Shown here: in pieces, positions 40,355-47,972 of the stretch
Layout: every line of letters starts with the position of its first letter
Numbering within the stretch: the first letter of the stretch is position 1
Assembly (NCBI GenBank): GCA_964477445.1
Contig: CAYZED010000004.1
Location: 16,180-80,179 of the forward strand
From: an uncultured Clostridiaceae bacterium
GTDB lineage: Bacteria; Bacillota; Clostridia; Lutisporales; Lutisporaceae
Length of the DNA: 64,000 nt
Direction: 5' to 3'
Notes under the pieces: generated by a model
The model's input: only the letters and a program-made list of their open reading frames with translations
Databases searched by the model: none
What the model was told of the DNA's origin: nothing
Translations under genes and position numbers: made by a program

Positions 40355-41565
40355 TGAGTTTCTTTGAAAGTCTTAAATCATCTGTTCAGACAATCTTTGC
40401 AAACAAACTTCGTTCTTTTTTAACCATGCTCGGTATAATAATTGGAATATCTTCAGTTATTACCATCTACTCTATCGGACAGGGTGGCAAGCAAGCTATC
40501 ACTGGTGAATTTCAAAATATTGGAACTAACGTTCTCAATGTAAGAGTAAAAAGCATGAGCGGTGATATCGTAAAAAAAGACTACTTTAATCTTAAAGACC
40601 CCTCACTTATAATGAGCAAAATTCCAGAAGTCACCAGTGTTGTTCTTACTACAAACGATGTTGGCCGAATAAAAACGGAAAGAAAGAATAAATTCGCGCT
40701 TATTTATGGAACAAGCTATTCTTATCCTAAACTCAGCTCCACAAAAATGATTACTGGTAGGTTTTTTAACGAAAGTGATGAGTTAAATAAAAGAAATATT
40801 GCAGTAATTGATGAAGTTACCGCAAATAAAATTTTTGGGAATGCTGATAAAGCGCTCGGACAAAAAGTTAAACTTACTTCACAAGACAAAGTACTAAATG
40901 TTAGCATAATTGGTGTTATGGTAGATCCAAATGGAAGTATAGCATCACTCTTTGGTGATAATTACCCTGGAACAGTTATGATTCCTATAAGTTCGAGTGA
41001 TCGAATAATTAGCAACACAAACATTAGTAGCATGTCTCTCCTTTTAACTGATATGAACCAATCTGCAGAAATCTCAAAAAAAGTGGTCAGAATTCTTGAG
41101 AGAGCTCATGAATCCATAGGCAAATATGCCGCTGAAGAAGCGATTAAAGCGTTAGCTTCAATAAATAGCGTTCTAAATATTTTCACTATTGTAATCGGCG
41201 CAATTGCTGGCATTTCGCTTTTAGTTGGTGGAATAGGAGTTATGAATATAATGTTGGTTTCAGTCACAGAAAGAACCCGAGAAATCGGAATAAGAAAAGC
41301 TCTTGGCGCAACTAAAAGAGACATTTTACTTCAATTCTTGACGGAATCACTAATAATATGCGCTTTCGGGGGACTAATAGGTATGACACTTGGTATATTA
41401 CTGGGACTGGCCGCTGGGATGGCAATAAACTTAAAAATTTCAGTATCACCAATGATTGTGCTCATTTCCTTTGGGTTCTCTTCCGCAGTAGGCCTATTCT
41501 TTGGGATATATCCTGCAAATAAAGCGGCAAAGTTGGATCCTATTGAAGCTTTAAGGTATGAGTGA
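40354..41565 (+). CDS. ABC transporter permease (MacB-like, FtsX domain)
   Basis: 403 aa. TM1, large extracytoplasmic domain, three C-terminal TM helices with TREIGIRKALGA motif. Confidence 0.88.
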   Translation: MSFFESLKSSVQTIFANKLRSFLTMLGIIIGISSVITIYSIGQGGKQAITGEFQNIGTNVLNVRVKSMSGDIVKKDYFNLKDPSLIMSKIPEVTSVVLTTNDVGRIKTERKNKFALIYGTSYSYPKLSSTKMITGRFFNESDELNKRNIAVIDEVTANKIFGNADKALGQKVKLTSQDKVLNVSIIGVMVDPNGSIASLFGDNYPGTVMIPISSSDRIISNTNISSMSLLLTDMNQSAEISKKVVRILERAHESIGKYAAEEAIKALASINSVLNIFTIVIGAIAGISLLVGGIGVMNIMLVSVTERTREIGIRKALGATKRDILLQFLTESLIICAFGGLIGMTLGILLGLAAGMAINLKISVSPMIVLISFGFSSAVGLFFGIYPANKAAKLDPIEALRYE

Positions 41566-41596
41566 AGAGTTCGGTGAATCTATTTAACTGAAAGCT

Positions 41597-41626
41597 AAAA
41601 AAAAGAGCCATTCGGCTCTTTTTTCT
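41597..41626. terminator. bidirectional intrinsic terminator (efflux operon on +, fapA-like gene on -)
   Basis: AAAAAAAAGAGCCATTCGGCTCTTTTTT. Confidence 0.8.
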
Positions 41627-41637
41627 TAAACTATATT

Positions 41638-43212
41638 TCACTCTTTAATTAATTCTCCATCCTTAATATATAAAACACCTGATGTGGCTTCTTCGAAGAT
41701 CATGTTTAGGTGTTTTATTACTACGTGGGTCTTTGGATAAACCATTTTCGCTGCTAAAAACTCACCTTCGCCTTTTGTTGAAAGAATACCTAGTAGCTTT
41801 TTTTGTTCATTTTCCATAATTATATTGTTTCTTATATCTTGTTCAAAAACTTCTTTTATTCTAAAATACTCTGGGCTAGATCTTCTATCAGCTTCTGGCA
41901 TTTTGTTTTCTAAAGTTTCAATTTGTATTCTTAGAGCAGCTACTTCCTGCTTGCTTTTTTTATAGTTTTCTACCAAATTGCTTAAAAGTTGAATTACTCT
42001 TGTTCGATCAAATCCCTTAATACTAATAAAAGTAGGCTTTTCGGCTAAATTTCCAACATACGCTGAAACTACTCGCGATTCTGCAAATACGTTGCCACCA
42101 ATTATTCTTCCATGTGATTGATCTAATAGTACGTTTTGAGCTGTTAAGTTGCTGTATAGCGAGTAAAATCCAATGTTTATATTCCCTTTTGTTTCCACAT
42201 CGACTTCATTGCAATGCTTAACGAAAATATCCTTATCTGCTTTAATCTTAGAGATATACTTACCAAATATTCCGCCCTTAATATAAATGCATCCATGATT
42301 TGATACAATCTCATGAACCGCACCAACTCCCAAAGGACTATTAATAGAAATATCGCCGTCCGCAATTACAGAAAATCCGTCTTGGATGGTTCCCTGTACC
42401 GTTACTGATCCTTTAAAATGAATGTTACCCGTTATATAATTAACATCACCTTTGATCATTAAATGATTATCAATATATACTTTCCCGTTCTCAATTCTAA
42501 CCGAACCATCCACTAATGCCCTAATTACAGATACGCCATTTTCTTCACGTTCCGTTACTGATTTACTATCATATAAAAGTTTTTTTATTTTCCCAGGCTT
42601 TGGCAAAATGGCATCGCCAGTAACTGTTTTTCCTGGAGTGCCTTCAGTTGGTTTGCTCATTTCTCCTAGCCAAGCACCTTTTTCTACACTTTCAATCAAA
42701 CTAAGTTCGTAATGATTAACCTTACCATCACCCTCAATAATTGGTTTTTTATCATGAATTTGATATAGATTTATTTCGCTATCTAATCCATTAATTGCAG
42801 GCGTTCCTCTTGCTACAAGTATTTCTCTTTGCACCGCAAACGGTTTATCATATACGTTAGCAAGTCCATAAGTAACATTGTGTTCTTTCAATACTTCAAC
42901 TAGTTTAGCGACATAGAAATTTTTGTTATCCTCAAAACTTTTAGCACCAATGTTCATAATGGCTTTAGCTTCCATTTTATCCGCTGAAATAATCACTTCA
43001 ATATCTGGTTTAATTACTCCAATAGTAATTTCTTGTTCTTTTACAATGTGAAGTGCATCCTTAAGCGCAACAAAATTTGTAACATGAAAAGTAGGGTTGT
43101 TAAGAGTGATTTTGTTTAGTTCTTTTAGATCAAATCCGACTTTTTTCGTCTTAATTTTAAGCATATCAAAATCTGATATCAAATAGAAATAGTCATTTTC
43201 AAAAACTATCAA
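41638..43212 (-). CDS. FapA-family (DUF342) protein; TTG start
   Basis: 524 aa. Beta-helix-like repeats (GDVNYITGNIHFKGSVTVQGTIQDGFSVIADGDISI), C-terminal coiled coil. TTG start 6 nt after GGGAGGG. Confidence 0.7.
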   Translation of the reverse strand: MIVFENDYFYLISDFDMLKIKTKKVGFDLKELNKITLNNPTFHVTNFVALKDALHIVKEQEITIGVIKPDIEVIISADKMEAKAIMNIGAKSFEDNKNFYVAKLVEVLKEHNVTYGLANVYDKPFAVQREILVARGTPAINGLDSEINLYQIHDKKPIIEGDGKVNHYELSLIESVEKGAWLGEMSKPTEGTPGKTVTGDAILPKPGKIKKLLYDSKSVTEREENGVSVIRALVDGSVRIENGKVYIDNHLMIKGDVNYITGNIHFKGSVTVQGTIQDGFSVIADGDISINSPLGVGAVHEIVSNHGCIYIKGGIFGKYISKIKADKDIFVKHCNEVDVETKGNINIGFYSLYSNLTAQNVLLDQSHGRIIGGNVFAESRVVSAYVGNLAEKPTFISIKGFDRTRVIQLLSNLVENYKKSKQEVAALRIQIETLENKMPEADRRSSPEYFRIKEVFEQDIRNNIIMENEQKKLLGILSTKGEGEFLAAKMVYPKTHVVIKHLNMIFEEATSGVLYIKDGELIKE

Positions 43213-43320
43213 AACAATCCCTCCCTTCAGAGTTCAAAGGTGTCTTCGACTCACACGTTCCATAAGTCGATGCGGCGATTTCTATAAAACTTGAATTCAT
43301 TCATAACCAATCATGTTCTA

Positions 43321-44478
43321 CTATGAAATTGTATAAACTATTTTCCCGTCGATTATTGTTTTTTCTACATTCGCCTGAAGATCAAAGGGATGTCTATCCC
43401 ATATAACCAAGTCAGCGTCTTTTCCCACTTCTAGACTTCCAATTCTATCGCTAACACCAAGTATTTCAGCCGCATTTATCGTTATGCATTTAAGAGCTTC
43501 CATTTCTTCGAGTCCTGATTTAAATGATAGCGCGGCACACATTGCAAGATATTCCAGCGGAATTACAGGACTGTCTGTCATTATGGCTATTTTAACGCCT
43601 GCATCAAATAATACTTTAGGCGTTTTGAATGTTTTATTATTTAACTCAAATTTTGACTTGCTTCCAAAACTCGGTCCAACTATCGCAGGCAACCCTTCTT
43701 TTGATATTTGATCTGCTATTAGATGTCCTTCTGTACAATGATCAAGTGTTAGTTTTACACCAAATTCTTTCGCTATTCTTATCGAAGTGAAAATATCATC
43801 AGTTCTATGAGCATGCGCCTTCAATGGAATTTCTTTATTAATGACTGGCAACATTGCTTCAAGTTTCATATCCCATGCAGGTAGTTTCGTTGCATCATCG
43901 CCTGCAGCATTGATTTTGTTTTTATATTCAATGGTTTTTGATAATAATTCTCTTAATTTCGAAGCTGTTCCCATTCTAGTGCTTGGCATCTGTTTTTTTT
44001 CATTATAACAACGCTTTGGATTTTCCCCAAATGCGCATTTCATTGCTGAATCATTCTTTATAATCATATCGTCGACACGATTCCCAAAAAGTTTAATTAT
44101 TGAAAACGTTCCACCTACTACATTAGCACTTCCAGGCCCTGTGCAAGCTGTCGTAACGCCTCCGGCCAATGCTAAAGCAAATGCTTCGTCGCGAGGATTT
44201 ACCCCGTCAATCCCCCTTAAGTGAGGAGTAATAGGGTCTGTAATTTCATTAACATCATTACCTTCGAAACCAATACCTTCTTCCATCATACCAATATGAC
44301 AATGAGCATCTATAAATCCCGGAAAAACAAATTTACCCTCAGCATCAATGACCTCAACATTCAAAGGTTGAATTAAATCATTCCCAATTTCTTTGATTTT
44401 GCCATTTTCAATCAAAATACTTCCGTTTTCAATAATCCTGTCTGCCATTGTGTAAATTTTTGCGTTTTTTATAAACAT
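43321..44478 (-). CDS. metal-dependent amidohydrolase family protein
   Basis: 385 aa. PGFIDAHCHIGM HxH motif, later H and D ligands (DHCTEG, GKDADLVIWD). Confidence 0.8.
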   Translation of the reverse strand: MFIKNAKIYTMADRIIENGSILIENGKIKEIGNDLIQPLNVEVIDAEGKFVFPGFIDAHCHIGMMEEGIGFEGNDVNEITDPITPHLRGIDGVNPRDEAFALALAGGVTTACTGPGSANVVGGTFSIIKLFGNRVDDMIIKNDSAMKCAFGENPKRCYNEKKQMPSTRMGTASKLRELLSKTIEYKNKINAAGDDATKLPAWDMKLEAMLPVINKEIPLKAHAHRTDDIFTSIRIAKEFGVKLTLDHCTEGHLIADQISKEGLPAIVGPSFGSKSKFELNNKTFKTPKVLFDAGVKIAIMTDSPVIPLEYLAMCAALSFKSGLEEMEALKCITINAAEILGVSDRIGSLEVGKDADLVIWDRHPFDLQANVEKTIIDGKIVYTIS

Positions 44479-44570
44479 ACCATTTCTCCTCCAAAAAATT
44501 AAATAAATTAATACGATTACTATAATATTCTTACCAAAATAATTATATCATACATATACAATTACAATAT

Positions 44571-44599
44571 AAAAAAACCACCGACAAAACTATCGGTGG
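44571..44599 (-). terminator. intrinsic terminator after corA
   Basis: Minus strand CCACCGA-loop-TCGGTGG followed by T7. Confidence 0.75.
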
Positions 44600-44618
44600 A
44601 ATAATGAATATATTTGAT

Positions 44619-45599
44619 CTAGAACCACTTGTTTTTCTTTATGAATAGCATTACACCTATTATCGAAGTCGGTATAAATATCATCCCAAAAACTATCCAA
44701 AAGGCTTGCGGATAAGTATGCATCGGAATGCCCTGTACATTCATAGAAAAAAGGCCACTTACCAATATCATAGGCAAAATTGTTACCTGTATAATTGTAA
44801 ATGTTCTCATCAATCCATTCATTGTGTGGTTTGTAAGAGAAGTAAAAGTATTATCAGCTGATTCAATGACTTCTTTGTAATTCTCGAGCATATCCCAAAT
44901 CTTTTCTATTCTATCTGTTATATCATCAAAATATATATCCATATCTTCAGGCAAATATTTTTTTATTATACGTTCAAGCATTAATATAACTGGCCTCAGC
45001 GGCTTAATTACGCTGCGATAATTAATAATCTGCATTTTCGCTCGAGAAATCGTTTCAAGCATTTTTTTTGATCTGTCCGAGAAAACTTGCTTATTTATGT
45101 CATTAACTATATAGCCGATTTTGTCAATAATTGGGAAGCAATAGTCAAACAATGATTTAGTGATTTCATAAAGTAGCAGAGCCGATCCATTTTCCATGTA
45201 TTCTTTTCTTGCTTCTTCATCTGTATAGCAAAGTTTTGCAAGTTCAGTGATTGGCTTAAGTTCGCCCTCATGGAGAGTAACAAGATAGTCTGGCCCAATA
45301 AATATATCTATTTCTTCCGTATCTAATCTCACAAGTTCTTTTCTGTACCGAGGTAAGTGTAGGACGATAAAGCTATAATCTTCATAAGAATCGACTTTGG
45401 ATCTCTGATGTTCTGTCATACAGTCTTCCAGAAGTAGATCATGAAAATCATACATGTCCTTCAACATCTTGATTTCTTTATTTGTTGGCTTAATAATGTC
45501 AATCCACTTCAGTCCATTAAATTCAATAATCTTGACATCTCCGGTAATTTTTTTTATCTTACCGAAGTATTTCTTTTCATTTCCGAATGGCAATACCAT
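44619..45599 (-). CDS. corA: CorA-family divalent-cation (Mg2+/Co2+) channel with SMN in place of the GMN signature
   Basis: 326 aa. Cytoplasmic funnel domain plus two C-terminal TM helices. The TM1 end reads GLFSMNVQGIP (codons TCT ATG AAT at 44747..44739). KKNKWF C-terminus. M-box riboswitch upstream. Confidence 0.85.
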   Translation of the reverse strand: MVLPFGNEKKYFGKIKKITGDVKIIEFNGLKWIDIIKPTNKEIKMLKDMYDFHDLLLEDCMTEHQRSKVDSYEDYSFIVLHLPRYRKELVRLDTEEIDIFIGPDYLVTLHEGELKPITELAKLCYTDEEARKEYMENGSALLLYEITKSLFDYCFPIIDKIGYIVNDINKQVFSDRSKKMLETISRAKMQIINYRSVIKPLRPVILMLERIIKKYLPEDMDIYFDDITDRIEKIWDMLENYKEVIESADNTFTSLTNHTMNGLMRTFTIIQVTILPMILVSGLFSMNVQGIPMHTYPQAFWIVFGMIFIPTSIIGVMLFIKKNKWF

Positions 45600-45604
45600 A
45601 AATA

Positions 45605-45629
45605 TTCCTCCTTTTTTTCAAGGAGAACC
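45605..45629 (-). promoter_or_regulatory. SD-sequestering hairpin at the corA start
   Basis: Minus-strand UUCUCCUU-GAAAAA-AAGGAGGA: 8 bp including one G-U, covering the whole corA SD (AGGAGG). The ATG is 7 nt further on. Confidence 0.5.
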
Positions 45630-45721
45630 TATATTGAAGAAAATCTACAATAGAAAATGGTCTCCCTGAGTAATATTAATTTTTTTATACAATATGAGTT
45701 TGGGTAGGGGTCACTGTCCAT
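45629..45721 (-). CDS. candidate 30-codon leader ORF (MDSDPYPNSYCIKKLILLRETIFYCRFSSI)
   Basis: Below the ORF-track cut-off. SD AAGGAGG lies 9 nt upstream of the ATG (45721..45719). The TAG stop (45631..45629) abuts the 5' arm of the corA SD-sequestering hairpin. Confidence 0.4.
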   Translation of the reverse strand: MDSDPYPNSYCIKKLILLRETIFYCRFSSI

Positions 45722-45753
45722 TGAGATTCGCCTCCTTAATTTAAGAATTTGCT

Positions 45754-45789
45754 TATTCAGACAAATAGATATATCCTTTTGTCTGAATA
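45754..45789 (-). other. perfect 12-bp inverted repeat (TATTCAGACAAA / TTTGTCTGAATA) with 12-nt loop
   Basis: Direct reading. Lies in the corA leader between the tandem repeats and the leader-ORF SD. Confidence 0.85.
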
Positions 45790-45802
45790 GAATCGAAACT
45801 AC

Positions 45803-45990
45803 GTCACTCCGACAACAAAAAACCCGGTTATTTTGTCACTCTGACAATAAAAAACCCGGTTATCGTCACGTTGACAACAAAAAACCGGTTATTTTATTGT
45901 TCGTGAACAATAAAAAACCTGGTTATTTTTGTCGATATAAACGACAAAAAAACCTGGTTATTTTTGTCGATATAAACGACAAAAAAACCT
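45803..45990 (-). repeat. ~5.7 tandem 30-35 bp hairpin-forming repeats in the corA leader
   Basis: Units at 45803-45834, 45835-45864, 45865-45895, 45896-45930, 45931-45965 and 45966-~45990. Conserved core AAAAAACC(N)GGTTATTTT plus a variable palindromic core. The last two units are identical. Confidence 0.9.
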
Positions 45991-46018
45991 GCATCAAAAA
46001 CATGAACTTGATGAAGGT
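45981..46018 (-). terminator. M-box expression-platform intrinsic terminator
   Basis: Minus strand CCUUCAUCAA-loop-UUGAUGCAGG (9/10 paired) followed by U7, starting 16 nt after the aptamer P1 3' strand. Confidence 0.7.
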
Positions 46019-46033
46019 ATTATTACAATACTT

Positions 46034-46179
46034 TCTCGTTCAAGTTTTGACTCTGCAAGGCAATGAAGTTGCATTAGGTTAAACCTTCTTTGTTCGGTAA
46101 AACCTGCTGACCAGTTCAGAATGTTTCCATTCTTTTACGGCAGCAACCCGTATCCTTGTAGTAATCTCACCTACCGAGA
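46034..46179 (-). promoter_or_regulatory. M-box (ykoK-leader) Mg2+ riboswitch aptamer
   Basis: The minus strand reads UCUCGGUAGGUGAG..GGAUACGGGUUGCUGCCGUAAAAG..CUGGUCAGCAGG..AAGGUUUAACCUAAUGCAACU..GAGUCAAAACUUGAACGAGA. This is collinear with the B. subtilis mgtE M-box landmarks (GUUAGGUGAG, UACG, CUGCUGCC, GGUCAACAG, UAAUGCAGCU, GCUAAAGCUCUACGA). P1 is UCUCG/CGAGA. Confidence 0.85.
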
Positions 46180-46204
46180 TATTTTAAATTTTATTTCACT
46201 TCCC

Positions 46205-46233
46205 ATGCTACTAGCATTCTTCATATATGTCAA
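46205..46233 (-). promoter_or_regulatory. candidate promoter for the M-box/corA transcript (TTGACA-17-TAGCAT)
   Basis: On the minus strand: -35 TTGACA (46233..46228), 17-nt spacer, -10 TAGCAT (46210..46205). Lies ~25 nt upstream of the aptamer. Confidence 0.4.
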
Positions 46234-46245
46234 ATGGTTTTTTGA

Positions 46246-46536
46246 CTACTCGAGTGATTTAATTTGCAAATAATAATTCGTCATTCTTTTGAAGGATTCC
46301 GTTTTTGATGAAATTCCATCAATCGTCTGGCTAATGTTTTTTACTTCGCGAGTTGTAATCTCAATTATGTTTTGTTTCGCTTCAGAAAGAAGCGTATTTT
46401 TAGTCTTAATTGCAATATATCCAGTAACCGAAAAATACATAATTAAAAGTGTTACTTCAATTATAAGAATAGGTAATAACGCTGCACGGATATATTCACT
46501 GTAAACAATATCCTTCAAGGATTTTAACTTCTTCAT
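46246..46536 (-). pseudogene. 96-codon ORF resembling only the N-terminal TM/Cache-like start of a membrane sensor (kinase/MCP/GGDEF); probable truncated remnant
   Basis: MKKLKSLKDIVYSEYIRAALLPILIIEVTLLIMYF...LLSEAKQNIIEITTREVKNISQTI looks like the first ~95 residues of 500-700-aa sensors. The frame stops 67 nt before the M-box, with no output domain. Confidence 0.3.
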
Positions 46537-46581
46537 GTCACACTTCTTACCCTGCAGTTTTTTTCTCTATATCAATATTTT

Positions 46582-46615
46582 AAAACAAAAGCTCGCCAAT
46601 TTTCACTGGCGAGCT
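46582..46615 (-). terminator. intrinsic terminator after the racemase gene
   Basis: Minus strand AGCUCGCCA-loop-UGGCGAGCU (9 bp) followed by UUUUGUUUU. Confidence 0.8.
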
Positions 46616-46641
46616 AAAACTTAAAGATTTTTTGTTCAAAT

Positions 46642-47352
46642 TCATTGTTTTCCCAACTCCACACATTTTTTTGCTAATATCATCGTTGGGTCAACGAAAT
46701 TTCCTTTTGCATTAATGAGCTCTGCAATAAGAGGAATTTCTGTGCATCCTAGAATTACTGGCATTTGTAATGGTCCTGAAGATACTGACATCTCTGTTTT
46801 TTCATAAGAATATACTTCTATTAATTTCTCGAATTCTTCTTTTTTAACTGACGATTTTCCACTCTTATAATCATAAATCCACTTCATAACGATTTCTTTG
46901 TCAAGGTTACTTGGTTCAATAATTTCAAGTCCGTGTACTTCAAAAACTTTTTTGTAAATTCCCGAATTATAGGTTCCAGTGGTGGCAAGAAGTAAAAGCT
47001 TAAAACAATCGGGGTATTCTGATCTAATAGTTTTTGCGGTTTCTGCAATCATATTAATTATGTTAATATTTGTGCATTTCTTTAAGTCGTCATAAAAATA
47101 GTGTGCCGTATTACAAGGTATAGCAACATATTTAGCTCCAGCTACCTCTAATCTAAGAAGCGATTTTATCATTTCAGGTCTCGGATCTTCTCCATTCCCA
47201 TTTATATATGCCGATCTATCTGGAATACTTGTATTACTATCAATAAAAACGTGTATATGATCTTGATCTTTTTTTGCGTCTGTATTCTTAATAATTTTTT
47301 TGTATAAATCATTAGTTGCCTCAGGCCCCATTCCCCCTAATATACCTATCAA
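46642..47352 (-). CDS. aspartate/glutamate-family amino-acid racemase (aspartate racemase-like)
   Basis: 236 aa. GILGGMGPEAT opening and both catalytic Cys contexts (AIPCNTAH, LGCTEIP). Confidence 0.8.
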   Translation of the reverse strand: MIGILGGMGPEATNDLYKKIIKNTDAKKDQDHIHVFIDSNTSIPDRSAYINGNGEDPRPEMIKSLLRLEVAGAKYVAIPCNTAHYFYDDLKKCTNINIINMIAETAKTIRSEYPDCFKLLLLATTGTYNSGIYKKVFEVHGLEIIEPSNLDKEIVMKWIYDYKSGKSSVKKEEFEKLIEVYSYEKTEMSVSSGPLQMPVILGCTEIPLIAELINAKGNFVDPTMILAKKCVELGKQ

Positions 47353-47379
47353 AATCTCTTCCCCCTGTTAAAAATTTTT

Positions 47380-47919
47380 CTATAAAGCCTTTGAGCTTCT
47401 GACTTTCTCAATGGCCTTCATAACCGCAACCGTGATTAATGCCCCAGCAAATGCTGTTGGAATTTGAAGAATTCCGAGTGCTGCTCTAAGTGGTGCCGCA
47501 AGTGTTACACCAAATAGAGAAATCGAGATTTCAATGCCAAAGAAGATGACAAGAAACTTTAAAATTACTGGAATAGTAACAATTCCTATAACTCTTTTTA
47601 AATCAAGTTTAGATTCTTTTCTATTTTCAATCTTTCCTGCAATAAATCCAACTGCTGCAGAAAAGGCTGCATTGCCTAACATAATTACTGGGATAACAGG
47701 GATTAATGCTGCAGGATGAACTCCAATTATTAGTGCTAGTATCGGAGTCAAAAGGCCAATTCCAGCCCCCCAAAGCCATCCACATTCAATAGCACAAACA
47801 GCTAAAGCTACGTTTACTCCCACTCCTGTTATCAACTGAACTCTCACAAACTGAAAAGCTATTGCAAGTGCCAACATCATAGCTGCCATAACCAATTTTC
47901 GCACATTTGTATTCTTCAT
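47380..47919 (-). CDS. small polytopic membrane protein, ECF-transporter S-component-like
   Basis: 179 aa, 5-6 TM helices. The N-terminus VRKLVMAAMMLALAIAFQF is typical of ECF S components. No ECF A/T genes in the window. Confidence 0.45.
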   Translation of the reverse strand: MKNTNVRKLVMAAMMLALAIAFQFVRVQLITGVGVNVALAVCAIECGWLWGAGIGLLTPILALIIGVHPAALIPVIPVIMLGNAAFSAAVGFIAGKIENRKESKLDLKRVIGIVTIPVILKFLVIFFGIEISISLFGVTLAAPLRAALGILQIPTAFAGALITVAVMKAIEKVRSSKAL

Positions 47920-47972
47920 AATTTTTTCCTCTTTCTAAATAAATAATTCGCTTTTTTTTATTTTTTCTTTGT

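Noticed and set aside
45803-45990. Possible CRISPR array (short repeats with palindromic character)
   Set aside because: The units are contiguous, with no unique spacers of constant length. The variable part is only 11-16 bp and is itself palindromic. No cas genes are in the window, and the array lies inside a 5' leader between a riboswitch and its gene.
45897-46082. 61-aa plus-strand ORF from the track
   Set aside because: It is read through the tandem repeats and the antisense of the M-box. It has no SD and a low-complexity translation. The M-box assignment on the other strand explains the sequence.
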